64,000 nucleotides of DNA from the IMG/VR virus record IMGVR_UViG_3300020558_000217, positions 41,600-105,599 of that record, one strand, 5' to 3'. This document shows, piece after piece, positions 27,052 through 37,362 of this stretch. The DNA is from a virus. The notes under the pieces were generated by a model, which saw only the letters and a list, made by a program, of their open reading frames with translations, was not told the origin of the DNA and ran no database searches. The position numbers and the translations under genes are program-made. The number at the start of each line of letters is the position of its first letter. The stretch's first letter is position 1.

Positions 27052-29757
27052 TTGGCAGCAACTAGTACAACCACTACCACTTCAATAAATAATTCTGTAA
27101 GATCAGGCACGCAACTAGTAGTAGATTCTATTTCTAGTACTCAAACGGTTGGTTCTTTTGCCACTGATATTTCATTACAACCATATATAAACAGCCGAAT
27201 TATTTCTTTCTTAGCGTTTAATATGAGACCTAATGAAAGAATGCATATATTTTTCGATAGTATTAACGTTGATGAATATTGCGCTCCAGCAGTGATTGAC
27301 GCCAATAACAAATACGTATTACCTGCATCACTAGATAGTTCAGATTCAACTCAAATTGCTAAAAATGGTGATTGGGGTACACCAATATTTTCTGATTCTT
27401 TAGGTGTAGTAGCAGGGCAATTTTATATTCCTGCTGGTAAATTTAAAACTGGAGACAGGCTTGTTCAAATTACAGATGTAGACAGTTTAGTACTAGGAGG
27501 CTCTGCCTTTACTACTATGTCTTCTGCATATTTTACAGCGTCAAATCTTAATGTTACTAAACAAGCAATAACTTTGACTACTGTAAACCCTGAATTGAGA
27601 TCTATTCCTATTGAAGAATCAGTAGTAACCACGTCTACAAATGTTGTTATCAGAGAATTACCAGACATAATTAATGTAAGAGCTAATGCTTGGGAACCTA
27701 TAGCACAAGCGTTGACCATAAACACACCTCAAAACGAATCTGGCATTTTTGCAACTTCTTTAGAACTTTATTTTAAACAGAAAGCGCAAACCTCTGAACA
27801 CGGCGTGACAGTTTACCTGTGCGAGATAGATAACGGTTATCCTAATGGTAACGCTGTTCTTCCTTTTTCTAGAGTGCATTTACCATATAGTAATATCAAC
27901 ATAAGCAACACTTCTACAGTTTCTACCAAGTTCACTTTTGAAGCTCCTGTGTTTTTGGCTAATAAAACAACTTATGCATTTGTTGTAAAGCCAGACGCAA
28001 ATGATCCAGATTATTTTGTCTGGAGCGCAAATCTAGGCGACATCGACGTATCAACTGGATTTCAAGTTTCCAGCCAGCCAGCCATAGGAACAGCTTTTTA
28101 TGGAGCTACTGAAACACAATGGACAGCTCTTCAGACAGAATATATTAAGTTCAAACTTAACAGAGCAAGTTTTCAGTATAATTCTGCTAATGCGGTTTTT
28201 AATAATTCTAATACTGAATATTTGACTGTTTTCAATTTAGGTTATAGTAATACTTCTGTAGGTATAGTACCAGGAGATATAGTTTTTAACTCGACCAATT
28301 CTTTGTCTAACTCTTCTGGAGGAACAGTTAATACTTCCATTAGAGCAACAGTTAATTATTATGATAGCGTTAGAGGAATTTTGTATTGCGAATCATCTAC
28401 TGGTAATTTCGTTTCCAACACTTTTGTGCAAGTTCACAGATTCGCTAACAATTCATTATCTTCTTCGCCGAACAATGTCACTTTAATAGCGTATGCTAAT
28501 ACTTCTTCTCTTTATAATCCTGGCGTTAATGCTCTTGTTCCTCAATTTGCTACTATTTCGCCTCCAGGAACAACTTTGAATTTCACATATACAGGAACTA
28601 ATAACACATATTCTATAGATTCCGAAGAGTATAAAGTTAATCCTGGTTATGAAACTGAATTTTACGATTATGAAAGAATTGTTGTTTCTAAATCAAATGA
28701 AATGGCCTCTATGAGCGGTAACAAATCTGTTACCATAAAAGGGAATATGACTACAGATACTGAATATTTGTCTCCTGTGATCGATACGGCCAGGCAACAA
28801 GAACTAGTAATTAAAAATGATATTGATCCTGTAGAAATCAAATATAATGAATTTTTCAATTCAGGTAACACGAAGTCAAAATATGTATCTCAAATAGTCA
28901 CATTGGCTGACGGTCAAGATGCAGAAGATTTACAAGTTCTATTAACTGCATTCAAGCCTGTGGGTTCATCTATTCAAGTATGGGCTAAATTTCTAAACAA
29001 AGAAGATCCTCGACCTATGAGTCAGCAAACATGGACTCCTTTGTTAAACGATTCAATTGATGTTTATTCTGACCCTAGTAATCCAAACGATTTCAGAGAA
29101 TTGAAGTATTCACTAGGAAGTTATTACAGTAAAATTATAAGAACAGGAACTATTACATGTTCTAATACTAGCAACACTATTGCCGGTAATGGTACTTTGT
29201 TTACAACAGAACTAGAACCTGGATGGTATATTAATACTAAAACTTCTAAGGATATTCTTTTACAAGAAAGAACTAGAAAAATAGTATCTATTACTAATAG
29301 TACTAGTGTTGTATTAGATAGCCCATTTTTTGGTAATTATACCAATGAACCTTATTATCTAGTTGCGCCTCCAACTACTGCTTGGTTGTCTACAGAGGCC
29401 TCTGTTCAATTAACAGGAAACGTTAGCACATATACTACAAACAACAGCATAGTTGGTAACGGAACTTTGTTCGCAACTGAGTTACTGCCAGGTAATATAA
29501 TTAATGTTGCTGGTGATTCTCAAACAATACTTTCTATCACTAATTCAACATTTTTGACAGTAGGCACGCCATGGTCGTCAAACAATTCAGGAGCTAATGC
29601 TTATGTTATAAGTGCTCCAGGCGTAACTTATCTTAATGAAAATTTGAATCTATATTCTTCGTTCAATAGATTTCAATTAAAAATTATACTTCAATCTAAT
29701 GACACTTCTAAGGTTCCGATTATGGATGATCTTAGAGTTCTAGCTTTGCAGATGTGA
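27052..29757 (+). CDS. VrlC/DUF4815-like large virion protein, C-terminal part
   Basis: PYINSRII.F.AFNMRPN, EPIAQAL, T.FTFEAPVFL, SPVID, KYVS..VTL, VPIMDDLRVLAL; AGGAG RBS, TTG start. Confidence 0.8.
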   Translation: MAATSTTTTTSINNSVRSGTQLVVDSISSTQTVGSFATDISLQPYINSRIISFLAFNMRPNERMHIFFDSINVDEYCAPAVIDANNKYVLPASLDSSDSTQIAKNGDWGTPIFSDSLGVVAGQFYIPAGKFKTGDRLVQITDVDSLVLGGSAFTTMSSAYFTASNLNVTKQAITLTTVNPELRSIPIEESVVTTSTNVVIRELPDIINVRANAWEPIAQALTINTPQNESGIFATSLELYFKQKAQTSEHGVTVYLCEIDNGYPNGNAVLPFSRVHLPYSNINISNTSTVSTKFTFEAPVFLANKTTYAFVVKPDANDPDYFVWSANLGDIDVSTGFQVSSQPAIGTAFYGATETQWTALQTEYIKFKLNRASFQYNSANAVFNNSNTEYLTVFNLGYSNTSVGIVPGDIVFNSTNSLSNSSGGTVNTSIRATVNYYDSVRGILYCESSTGNFVSNTFVQVHRFANNSLSSSPNNVTLIAYANTSSLYNPGVNALVPQFATISPPGTTLNFTYTGTNNTYSIDSEEYKVNPGYETEFYDYERIVVSKSNEMASMSGNKSVTIKGNMTTDTEYLSPVIDTARQQELVIKNDIDPVEIKYNEFFNSGNTKSKYVSQIVTLADGQDAEDLQVLLTAFKPVGSSIQVWAKFLNKEDPRPMSQQTWTPLLNDSIDVYSDPSNPNDFRELKYSLGSYYSKIIRTGTITCSNTSNTIAGNGTLFTTELEPGWYINTKTSKDILLQERTRKIVSITNSTSVVLDSPFFGNYTNEPYYLVAPPTTAWLSTEASVQLTGNVSTYTTNNSIVGNGTLFATELLPGNIINVAGDSQTILSITNSTFLTVGTPWSSNNSGANAYVISAPGVTYLNENLNLYSSFNRFQLKIILQSNDTSKVPIMDDLRVLALQM

Positions 29758-29761
29758 TAAA

Positions 29762-29977
29762 ATGAATAATAAATATTACAGAACAGATTTTGAAGGTTTA
29801 GTAAAAGATCCGCATAGCGGAGCAGTTTTGAACGTGGATAATAATAAATTGGAAGCATATAAAAAACAGAAAGCTGCTTTCATGTTAAATGTTGAAAATA
29901 ATGAAAGAATCAATAAAGTCGAAAAAGATCTTAACGAAATTAAAGAAATGTTAAATCAACTCTTAAAAAGAAGTTAA
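29762..29977 (+). CDS. small coiled-coil virion-associated protein
   Basis: GLVKDPHSGAVLNVD...DLNEIKEMLNQLL; typical small gene after VrlC-like genes. Confidence 0.7.
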   Translation: MNNKYYRTDFEGLVKDPHSGAVLNVDNNKLEAYKKQKAAFMLNVENNERINKVEKDLNEIKEMLNQLLKRS

Positions 29978-29980
29978 TAA

Positions 29981-32900
29981 ATGACAGTAAATGTTTCCAA
30001 CGTAGGCACAAATAATACTTTTGATTTTTGGCGCAATAGAACCAATGAAATGGCTTACACTTTTTCAGTGTTGGCTGTCACTGCCAATGGTTCTAATGCA
30101 GCTGTAGGTAATGCTGCGATTACTGGTAAATTTACTGCCGATTCTTTAGTTATTAATACAACTGCTCAAGTTAATAACGCTCTATTGGTTGGTAATAATA
30201 CTGTAGATGCTTTTAATTTCACGTTAGTTAATACGTCAGCAATATCTGTAGGTAACTCTACAGTAAATTCTTTCTTGGATTTCAACTCTCTCAATACATA
30301 TGCTGTTTATGTTGGTTCTAACGTTGTTGTTAATACCAATCAGTTGTTTATTACCAGTTCCACAGGTGGAAATACTACGAACGTAATAGCCAACAGCTCA
30401 ACTCTACTTTTCAGATCTAACACAACAGTAAATACAATAGCCAATTCTACATTAGTTCAGATTACTAATGGCGCTGCATTAGCTGTATTGAATTTCAATT
30501 CTTTATCTATTGGAAATTCTTTAGTAAATAGTACATCTATTTCTATGGTTGGTTCCAACAGCCTTTTTGCTAACACTGAAGCAGTGACTGTTGGATCTAA
30601 TGTGTTCATGAACACATCAACAATTGTAATCGGTAATACTTTTACAAATGTATTATCTAACTCTAGTTCAATTCTTGTTGGTAACACAACAATAAACACT
30701 TTCGCTAATTCTTCATTAGTAAAAGTTGCTAACTCTACAATTTCGGCTAATATTGAACCGCATAGATTAATTGTAGGAACTTCAATAGTCAATAGCACAA
30801 TTATTACAACTGGCGCTGGTGGTTTAGTTGCAAATACCACAGCCATTACAGTCGGTTCTAATGTTGTAGCTAACACCTCACAATTTATTATTAGTGTATC
30901 TACTTCTAACGTTTTGGTCAATGCCATAGCTGTGGATATTGGTAATACTACTGTAAATTCTCTGGCTAATGCTACTTTAATTAGAATAGCTAATTCTACA
31001 GGTTCTGCTAATCTTAATCCTATAAGTCTAACTATTGGAACTTCGCTAGTTAATAGCACCATTATTACAACTGGATCCAACAGTCTTATAGCTAATACTA
31101 GTACTGTAAGAGTTGCTGCTAATATTCAGATTAATACTTCTTCTTATTTCGTAGGCAATAGCACTTTATATTCAGATCAAAGTATTAATAGATTCATTAT
31201 TGCTAATAATTCAGGATCGGCAAATCTAGATCCAATAAGTCTGACCGTTGGAACTTCTTTAGTAAACAGCACAGTTATCACAACTGGAGCTAGTGGGTTT
31301 ACTGCCAATACTACTGCTATGCAGGTTACAACTGCAACAATTGGCAACTCTTCAGGTTTTTGGACAACGGGAACAGTTAATGCAGCGATTCATTCAGTAG
31401 GAACATCAACTATCGCTAATAGTTCTGGTGTTTATACTACAGTAGTTAATGCAGCGATTCATTCAGTTGGAACTTCTACGATTGCTAATGCTACTGGTGT
31501 TTATACTGGTATTGTTAATGCGGCAGTTCATTCTGTTGGAACTTCCACAATCGCTAATGCTACTGGCGTTTACGCTACAATTGTAAACGCCGCAACATTA
31601 AGTGTTGGAACTTCTACGATTGCTAATGCTACTGGCGTATATACTGGCATTGTTAATGGTTCTAGTATTACAGTAGGAACATCAACAATTGCTAATGCTA
31701 CTGGTGTATATACTGGCATTGTTAATGGTTCTAGTATCACTGTTGGAACCTCTACAATTGCAAATTCTACTGGTGTTTATACTCCTATCATTAACGCAGC
31801 AGTTCATTCTGTTGGAACTTCCACAATCGCCAATAGTTCTGGCGTTTACGCTCCTGTTGTTAACGCATCTACAATTAGCGTCGGAACTTCTTTTGTATCT
31901 AACTCTTCAGTGCTGAATCATACCGGAACGGCGAACATTTCAGGTAATGTTCAATTTAGTGGAACATATGCCAACGTGTCTGGTAATATGTTCGTCAGAG
32001 GCGATCTAGCAGTTTCTGGTAATATTAGTTATACTGGTATTTCTACAGCTGACCTTGTACCAGCAGTTGGTGACATTTATAGTCTAGGTAATACAACATT
32101 CAAATGGTCAACTCTTTGGTCTCAGTTTGCAAACGTAGCTCAAAGCATTACAGTAGGTAATACTTCTTTTATTAACGCTTCTGGCGCTTATGTTACTACA
32201 ATTAATGCAGCAGTACATTCTGTAGGAACATCAACTATCGCTAATTCTACTGGCGTTTATACTCCTATTATTAATGCAGCCTCTCATACAGTTGGAACTT
32301 CTACTATAGCCAACTCCACTGGCGTTTACACTGGCGTTGTTAATGGTTCTAGTATTACTGTCGGAACATCAACTATAGCCAACTCCACTGGTGTTTACAC
32401 TGGCGTTGTCAATGGATCCAGCGTTACAGTTGGTACTTCTACAATCGCTAATTCTACTGGAGTTTACACTGGCGTTGTTAATGCTTCTACTCTCAGCGTT
32501 GGATCTATTTTTACTGCAAATGCTCTTGGTATTAATACTACAGCAGTTGATGCTTCGGTTGAAGTTGTAGTTGGTAATTCAACAGTTAATGTTATCGTAA
32601 GTAACACTTCTGTTAGAATATCGAATTCTACTACAAATGTTTCTATAACTAATCCTAATACTACTGCTATTTCATCAGGCCAATATTTCTTGAATGCTAA
32701 TGGACAATGGAGTCTAGTAGTTACTGGACCTGTAACCAATGGCACTATTATTACTACCGGAACAAGCGCTCAAGAAATTGATGCCTATTCTATGGTTTCA
32801 TTCCCAGCTGCTGAATATATAATCAGCGTTGTTGATAATGTAGCCAACAATCGTTATATGTCAAAAATATTAACAACCCACGACAGAGCAACTGGATATA

Positions 32901-33043
32901 TGACAGAATTTGCTACTATAACAACAAACACAAACGTAGGAACATTTAGTTTCATAGCACCAAATGTATCACACGTTTCACTAAGATTTACTCCAGTATC
33001 TACTAACACTACAGTCAAATATGTCAGGACAATAGTAACGTAA
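29981..33043 (+). CDS. long repeat-rich tail fibre / virion appendage protein
   Basis: N-terminal TFDFWRNRTN anchor; N/S/T/V/G/A-rich beta-repeats; 23-aa tandem repeats. Confidence 0.8.
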   Translation: MTVNVSNVGTNNTFDFWRNRTNEMAYTFSVLAVTANGSNAAVGNAAITGKFTADSLVINTTAQVNNALLVGNNTVDAFNFTLVNTSAISVGNSTVNSFLDFNSLNTYAVYVGSNVVVNTNQLFITSSTGGNTTNVIANSSTLLFRSNTTVNTIANSTLVQITNGAALAVLNFNSLSIGNSLVNSTSISMVGSNSLFANTEAVTVGSNVFMNTSTIVIGNTFTNVLSNSSSILVGNTTINTFANSSLVKVANSTISANIEPHRLIVGTSIVNSTIITTGAGGLVANTTAITVGSNVVANTSQFIISVSTSNVLVNAIAVDIGNTTVNSLANATLIRIANSTGSANLNPISLTIGTSLVNSTIITTGSNSLIANTSTVRVAANIQINTSSYFVGNSTLYSDQSINRFIIANNSGSANLDPISLTVGTSLVNSTVITTGASGFTANTTAMQVTTATIGNSSGFWTTGTVNAAIHSVGTSTIANSSGVYTTVVNAAIHSVGTSTIANATGVYTGIVNAAVHSVGTSTIANATGVYATIVNAATLSVGTSTIANATGVYTGIVNGSSITVGTSTIANATGVYTGIVNGSSITVGTSTIANSTGVYTPIINAAVHSVGTSTIANSSGVYAPVVNASTISVGTSFVSNSSVLNHTGTANISGNVQFSGTYANVSGNMFVRGDLAVSGNISYTGISTADLVPAVGDIYSLGNTTFKWSTLWSQFANVAQSITVGNTSFINASGAYVTTINAAVHSVGTSTIANSTGVYTPIINAASHTVGTSTIANSTGVYTGVVNGSSITVGTSTIANSTGVYTGVVNGSSVTVGTSTIANSTGVYTGVVNASTLSVGSIFTANALGINTTAVDASVEVVVGNSTVNVIVSNTSVRISNSTTNVSITNPNTTAISSGQYFLNANGQWSLVVTGPVTNGTIITTGTSAQEIDAYSMVSFPAAEYIISVVDNVANNRYMSKILTTHDRATGYMTEFATITTNTNVGTFSFIAPNVSHVSLRFTPVSTNTTVKYVRTIVT
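31379..31910 (+). repeat. 69-bp (23-aa) coding tandem repeat, about 7.5 copies
   Basis: Unit NAA(I/V)HSVGTSTIAN(S/A)(S/T)GVYT.(I/V)(V/I); AATGCAGCGATTCATTCAG at 31379 and 31448. Confidence 0.9.
32204..32507 (+). repeat. second block of the 69-bp coding repeat, about 4.5 copies
   Basis: Same VGTSTIANSTGVYT unit. Confidence 0.85.
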
Positions 33044-33372
33044 TGGCCACTAAAGCTAACTTAGTAATAGATCAAGGAACAACCTTTTCGACCGATTTAA
33101 CATTGACGGACGAAAACGGAGACGCTTTGAATCTGAATGGCTATTCAGCAAACTCTCAAGTTAGAAAATGGTACTCATCTTCTAATGCTGCTGCAGTTTT
33201 CTCAACTTCTATAAATGTAGTTTCTAGCATTGTTACAATATCATTAACAGCCAACCAAACTAGTAATCTAGTTGCTGGTAGATATGTCTACGATGTAGAA
33301 CTTAATGATGGTTCTACAACTTCTAGAATTGTTGAGGGTATTATTACAGTCACACCTCAAGTCACGAGATAA
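33043..33372 (+). CDS. conserved small virion protein (Ig-like adaptor)
   Basis: ANLVIDQGTTF, LTANQTS.L.AGRYVYDVE, RIVEGIITVTPQVT. Confidence 0.75.
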   Translation: MATKANLVIDQGTTFSTDLTLTDENGDALNLNGYSANSQVRKWYSSSNAAAVFSTSINVVSSIVTISLTANQTSNLVAGRYVYDVELNDGSTTSRIVEGIITVTPQVTR

Positions 33373-33374
33373 AA

Positions 33375-33650
33375 ATGGTAAACGTCGTAGTAGGTAGAAG
33401 AAGGGATATTCGCGTTTCCGCTAATGCAACAAGCGGAATCATAGACACAACAGTGCCTGTTACTATTAAAAATACGCCTACTTTATCAAGCATGGAATCT
33501 ACACAAAGATTAGATAGTTTGCTGGATGTCATTTCTAGCGGAGAAACTAATGGGGCGGTTCCTGTTTATGATTCTTCTATTGACAAATATGTAGTTCAAA
33601 AATTGAATTTAACTGATGTAGATGGCGGGTTAGATGGCGGGACGTTTTAA
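33375..33650 (+). CDS. small virion-associated protein ending in LDGGTF
   Basis: L..L.DV...NGAVPVYDSS..KYV..., C-terminal LDGGTF. Confidence 0.7.
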   Translation: MVNVVVGRRRDIRVSANATSGIIDTTVPVTIKNTPTLSSMESTQRLDSLLDVISSGETNGAVPVYDSSIDKYVVQKLNLTDVDGGLDGGTF

Positions 33651-33653
33651 AAA

Positions 33654-33661
33654 TATAAATA
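33654..33661 (+). promoter_or_regulatory. T4-type late promoter
   Basis: Exact intergenic TATAAATA before the AGGAG RBS of 33686. Confidence 0.75.
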
Positions 33662-33685
33662 TATAAAACAGGAGCAGTATTTTAA

Positions 33686-35659
33686 ATGTCCAATAAGATC
33701 CAAATTAAGAGATCTGTTTCTAATTCTACCGTTACAGGGTTATCCAACGGCGAACTAGCCTTTACTCAGGCCTCTAATACACTACACATAGGTCTTCCAG
33801 ACGGTTCTGGCGTTCTTCGTATTGGGGGCGCTCAATATCCAGGAACTCTTACTAATAGTCATGCTCTAGTAGCAAATTCTACTGGCGGTATTGATAAAGC
33901 AATAGTAGCAAATTTAGTCCCTACTGGCATTTGGGCTAATGGTGCGGCTGGTTCCGCAGGGGATGTTCTTACCTCCAATGGTAGCGTAGTTTATTGGAAA
34001 GCTCCTTCCGCTGGAGTTGCAGGTTCAGACACTCAAGTGCAATTCAACGACGGCGGAAATCTTGCTGGCGATTCAGGTCTTACCTTTAATAAGACATCAG
34101 ACACTTTAACAGTTTCAAATAATATTATTATTTCTGGCGTAACGGTAAGTTCTAATACTACTACAGGGGCTTTGACTGTTGCCGGAGGCCTTGGTGTTGC
34201 GGGAAGAATTAATACTGGCGATTTAGCAGCTGGTAATGATTCGGTTTATTCTTCTCTTACAGGAACAACATTAGCCACAATTAACGTTTTTGCAACTTCA
34301 ACTGTTAACGCTGCAGTTCTCAGTGTTGGCGGTTGGGTTATTGCTAACAATGGCGGTGTTTATACTAGTGGTATAGTCAATGCTGATATTCTAGCTGTCG
34401 GAACTAATTTTAGAGCAAATACTACTCGTGTTACTGTTGGTTCTGGCGTAGGGTTTTCTGCTAACGGTTCTTTGGGTTCGGCAAATCAGGTTCTTCGATC
34501 AAACGGTACTAGCATTTATTGGGATGATGATGTTGGCGATATTTCGGCCATTACAGCTGGCAACGGTTTATCTGGCGGCGGAACCACAGGTGATATTACT
34601 GTTAGTTTACTAGCTAACAATGGTCTGATAGCCAATTCTTCAGGTTCGTTCGTAGATCCAGCAAATGGTGTTTATGTAGACGCTTCTGGTGTTGGCGTTC
34701 TTGCTAATAATGGTATTGTTTCTAACTCCTCTGGAACATTTGCTAAATCTGCAAATGGTACTAATGTCGATTCAGCAGGCATTAACGTTGTTGGTGGTAC
34801 AGGCGTTACTGTTAACGCCAGTGGTGTGCATATCGGTCAGGCAGTAGGCACAACTTCTAGTGTAACATTTGCAAACGTAGTTACAACAGATCTTACTACT
34901 AGTGGAAATACAGTTCTAGGCGATTCTACTGCTGATACTCTTACAGTCGCAGCGCAAGTCAGTAGTAACGTTACTCCTTCAACTAATAACACATATCATT
35001 TAGGTAATAACACCCTTCGTTGGGCGCAAGTTCATGTCGCCAACGTTCATGGTGTTACTGGTACATTTGATGGCGACGTTCAAATTGCAGGCAGTCTCAC
35101 CGTTTCAGGTAATGTTACCACCGTCAACGTAAGCTCTTTTGTTGTATCAGATCCTATGATCTATCTCGCTGGAAACAATTATGCCAGTGACGTCTTAGAT
35201 ATTGGTTTTGCAGCCAATTATCATGATATTTCAACAAATACAAATCTACACACTGGTCTATTCCGTGATGCTTCTGATGGGGGCATCTATAAACTGTTTA
35301 CCGGTTCTGAGCAAGAACTATCTGGAAACAATACTGTAAATACTGCAGCTAATGGGTTTACATTAGCAATTCTACAGACTTATCTCCAATCTGGAGGATT
35401 GTATACCAATTCAACTTCAGCAAATTTAATTGCTAATTCATCATATACGGTTGGTATTGTTGCTAACACTCTGTCTCTATCTACTGCACTAGCTGGCACA
35501 TCAGGTGGTACAGGGTTGAATAACTATACAGCTGAAGATATCCTGGTTGCTAACTCGTCTAATGGATTCCGTAAACTAGCATTAGGAACTAGTGGTTATG
35601 TTCTTCAGTCCAACGGTAGTGCTATCGTATACGACGTGTTAGACGGAGGCAGTTTTTAA
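33686..35659 (+). CDS. tail/head fibre protein
   Basis: N-terminal KIQIKRS...L..GELA domain; AGSDTQVQFNDGG, GLFRDASD fibre motifs; ends LDGGSF. Confidence 0.8.
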   Translation: MSNKIQIKRSVSNSTVTGLSNGELAFTQASNTLHIGLPDGSGVLRIGGAQYPGTLTNSHALVANSTGGIDKAIVANLVPTGIWANGAAGSAGDVLTSNGSVVYWKAPSAGVAGSDTQVQFNDGGNLAGDSGLTFNKTSDTLTVSNNIIISGVTVSSNTTTGALTVAGGLGVAGRINTGDLAAGNDSVYSSLTGTTLATINVFATSTVNAAVLSVGGWVIANNGGVYTSGIVNADILAVGTNFRANTTRVTVGSGVGFSANGSLGSANQVLRSNGTSIYWDDDVGDISAITAGNGLSGGGTTGDITVSLLANNGLIANSSGSFVDPANGVYVDASGVGVLANNGIVSNSSGTFAKSANGTNVDSAGINVVGGTGVTVNASGVHIGQAVGTTSSVTFANVVTTDLTTSGNTVLGDSTADTLTVAAQVSSNVTPSTNNTYHLGNNTLRWAQVHVANVHGVTGTFDGDVQIAGSLTVSGNVTTVNVSSFVVSDPMIYLAGNNYASDVLDIGFAANYHDISTNTNLHTGLFRDASDGGIYKLFTGSEQELSGNNTVNTAANGFTLAILQTYLQSGGLYTNSTSANLIANSSYTVGIVANTLSLSTALAGTSGGTGLNNYTAEDILVANSSNGFRKLALGTSGYVLQSNGSAIVYDVLDGGSF

Positions 35660-35684
35660 TTTTCTTTGACAAAGGAATTATACT

Positions 35685-36185
35685 ATGGAAACTAATGAAG
35701 GTCAAGAAATTTATTTCAAACAATACATCCAGAGGCAGGAAAATCTGCTTCTGGATTTTATTCGTAAAAATACCGATTTAGAAATTAGAGTTTCTGCTCT
35801 ATCTTTCTCGTTAAAAGATATAACTTCCAAATACGAAGAATCTCAAAAACAAGTTTCAATACAAAACGATTTGATGCAACAAGCAGCAAACAGTGTAGAA
35901 AAACTTACTATTGAGAAAATGAATCTAGAGAAAAAAGAAACAGATAATAATAAAATAATAGAAGATTTGAAAAAGAATCTTCATGATTGTAAAGAAGAAA
36001 GAAAAAAGATTTTAAAAGATTTTGATGAATTTAAAAAATCTAATAAAAATTACGAAGATCTGAGTAAAGAATATGCTCGTCAAAACGAAGAAATGAATAA
36101 AGTATATTCTGAAAATAAACAATTAAAAGATAAAACTATAAATAAAACTAAACCTCAGGCAATATTGCCTCCGGATGAATTTTAA
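35685..36185 (+). CDS. coiled-coil hypothetical protein
   Basis: K/E/Q-rich heptads, AAGGA RBS. Confidence 0.7.
   Translation: METNEGQEIYFKQYIQRQENLLLDFIRKNTDLEIRVSALSFSLKDITSKYEESQKQVSIQNDLMQQAANSVEKLTIEKMNLEKKETDNNKIIEDLKKNLHDCKEERKKILKDFDEFKKSNKNYEDLSKEYARQNEEMNKVYSENKQLKDKTINKTKPQAILPPDEF
36137..36144 (+). promoter_or_regulatory. T4-type late promoter
   Basis: Exact TATAAATA about 80 nt upstream of 36223. Confidence 0.55.
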
Positions 36186-36222
36186 ATTTCTCAGTATATA
36201 CTGAGTTTCAGAGGAGCCTAGA

Positions 36223-37362
36223 ATGGCCAACACAGTTTTCAAACTGCGACGTTCATCAGTCGCAGGTAAAGTTCCTACCACAACAGATATTGCTATTGGC
36301 GAATTGGCAATAAATCTTACTGATAGAAAACTGTATTCTTCTGATGGTTCTAATACTTGGGAAATTGGAGCTAATCTTACATCTATAAGCGTTTCCGCTA
36401 ATTCTACAGTAAACAATATTATCATTTCTGGTGGAATATTTGCCAATGGTGGATTTGGTAATTCTGGGCAAGTTTTAACTTCTAATGGTTCAGCAACTTA
36501 TTGGACTAGTTCTAGCGGCGCAGGAACAGTAACACAAGTTAATACTGGAATTGGACTTACTGGAGGTCCAATCACATCTTCAGGAACTATAGAAGTTGTA
36601 GCCAATAGTGGCATAGTTGCTAACTCTTCAGGGGTGTTTGTTAAAGCTGGTAATAATGTTACTGTAAATTCAACTGGCGTTCATGTTATTGGCTCTGGTT
36701 ATGTCAGACAATCGTTTACCGGTAATGGTTCTAATACGATATTCACAATATCTGGAGGTTATACATCTAATAATCTTGATGTATATGTTAATGGTATTAG
36801 ATATAATAGTTCAGAAGTAGATGTGTCGTCGGGCACAACAATTACTTTTACAACAGCTCCTTTATCTGGCGCTTTGATTGAAGTTGTTGGTATAACTGCT
36901 GGCGTTCTGAATTATACAACCGTTAATACTGATTTAGCCTATACTTGGACAAATACGCACACTTTTAGTAATACAGTAACATTAAACGCTGTTTCAGCAA
37001 ACGGTTCTCTAGGCACCGCCAATCAGGTATTAACGACAAACGGTTCAGTTGTGTATTGGGCAAATGCTTCTGGTGGTAGCGGTGGCGGTTCTTGGATTCA
37101 AAAAACTTCTGGGTATACCGCCGTCAAAGGCGAATGGATCATGTGTGATACGAGCTCCGGAGCATTTACAGTTACATTACCAGCCTCTCCTAATACTAAT
37201 GATTATGTAAAAATAAACGTTGGGCCAGTGGCTTCAACAAATAATATAACAATTGGAAGAAATGGCTCTACAATTATGTCATTGAGCGAAAATATGACTA
37301 TAAATGACAATAATATTACAGTAGAGTTTGTTTATAATGGTTCAACTTGGAGAATAGCATAA
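36223..37362 (+). CDS. fibre/adaptor protein
   Basis: N-terminal FKLRRSSVAGKVP...GELAINLTD.KLY; C-terminal DTSSGAFTVTLPASP..ITIGRNG..I..LSENMTI domain. Confidence 0.8.
   Translation: MANTVFKLRRSSVAGKVPTTTDIAIGELAINLTDRKLYSSDGSNTWEIGANLTSISVSANSTVNNIIISGGIFANGGFGNSGQVLTSNGSATYWTSSSGAGTVTQVNTGIGLTGGPITSSGTIEVVANSGIVANSSGVFVKAGNNVTVNSTGVHVIGSGYVRQSFTGNGSNTIFTISGGYTSNNLDVYVNGIRYNSSEVDVSSGTTITFTTAPLSGALIEVVGITAGVLNYTTVNTDLAYTWTNTHTFSNTVTLNAVSANGSLGTANQVLTTNGSVVYWANASGGSGGGSWIQKTSGYTAVKGEWIMCDTSSGAFTVTLPASPNTNDYVKINVGPVASTNNITIGRNGSTIMSLSENMTINDNNITVEFVYNGSTWRIA

Noticed and set aside
30457-31080. 207-aa minus-strand ORF and other antisense ORFs (e.g. 197-535, 6294-6626, 18059-18439, 38625-38987, 59643-59972)
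   Set aside because: These are shadows of well-supported genes on the opposite strand, caused by codon bias; no recognisable motifs.
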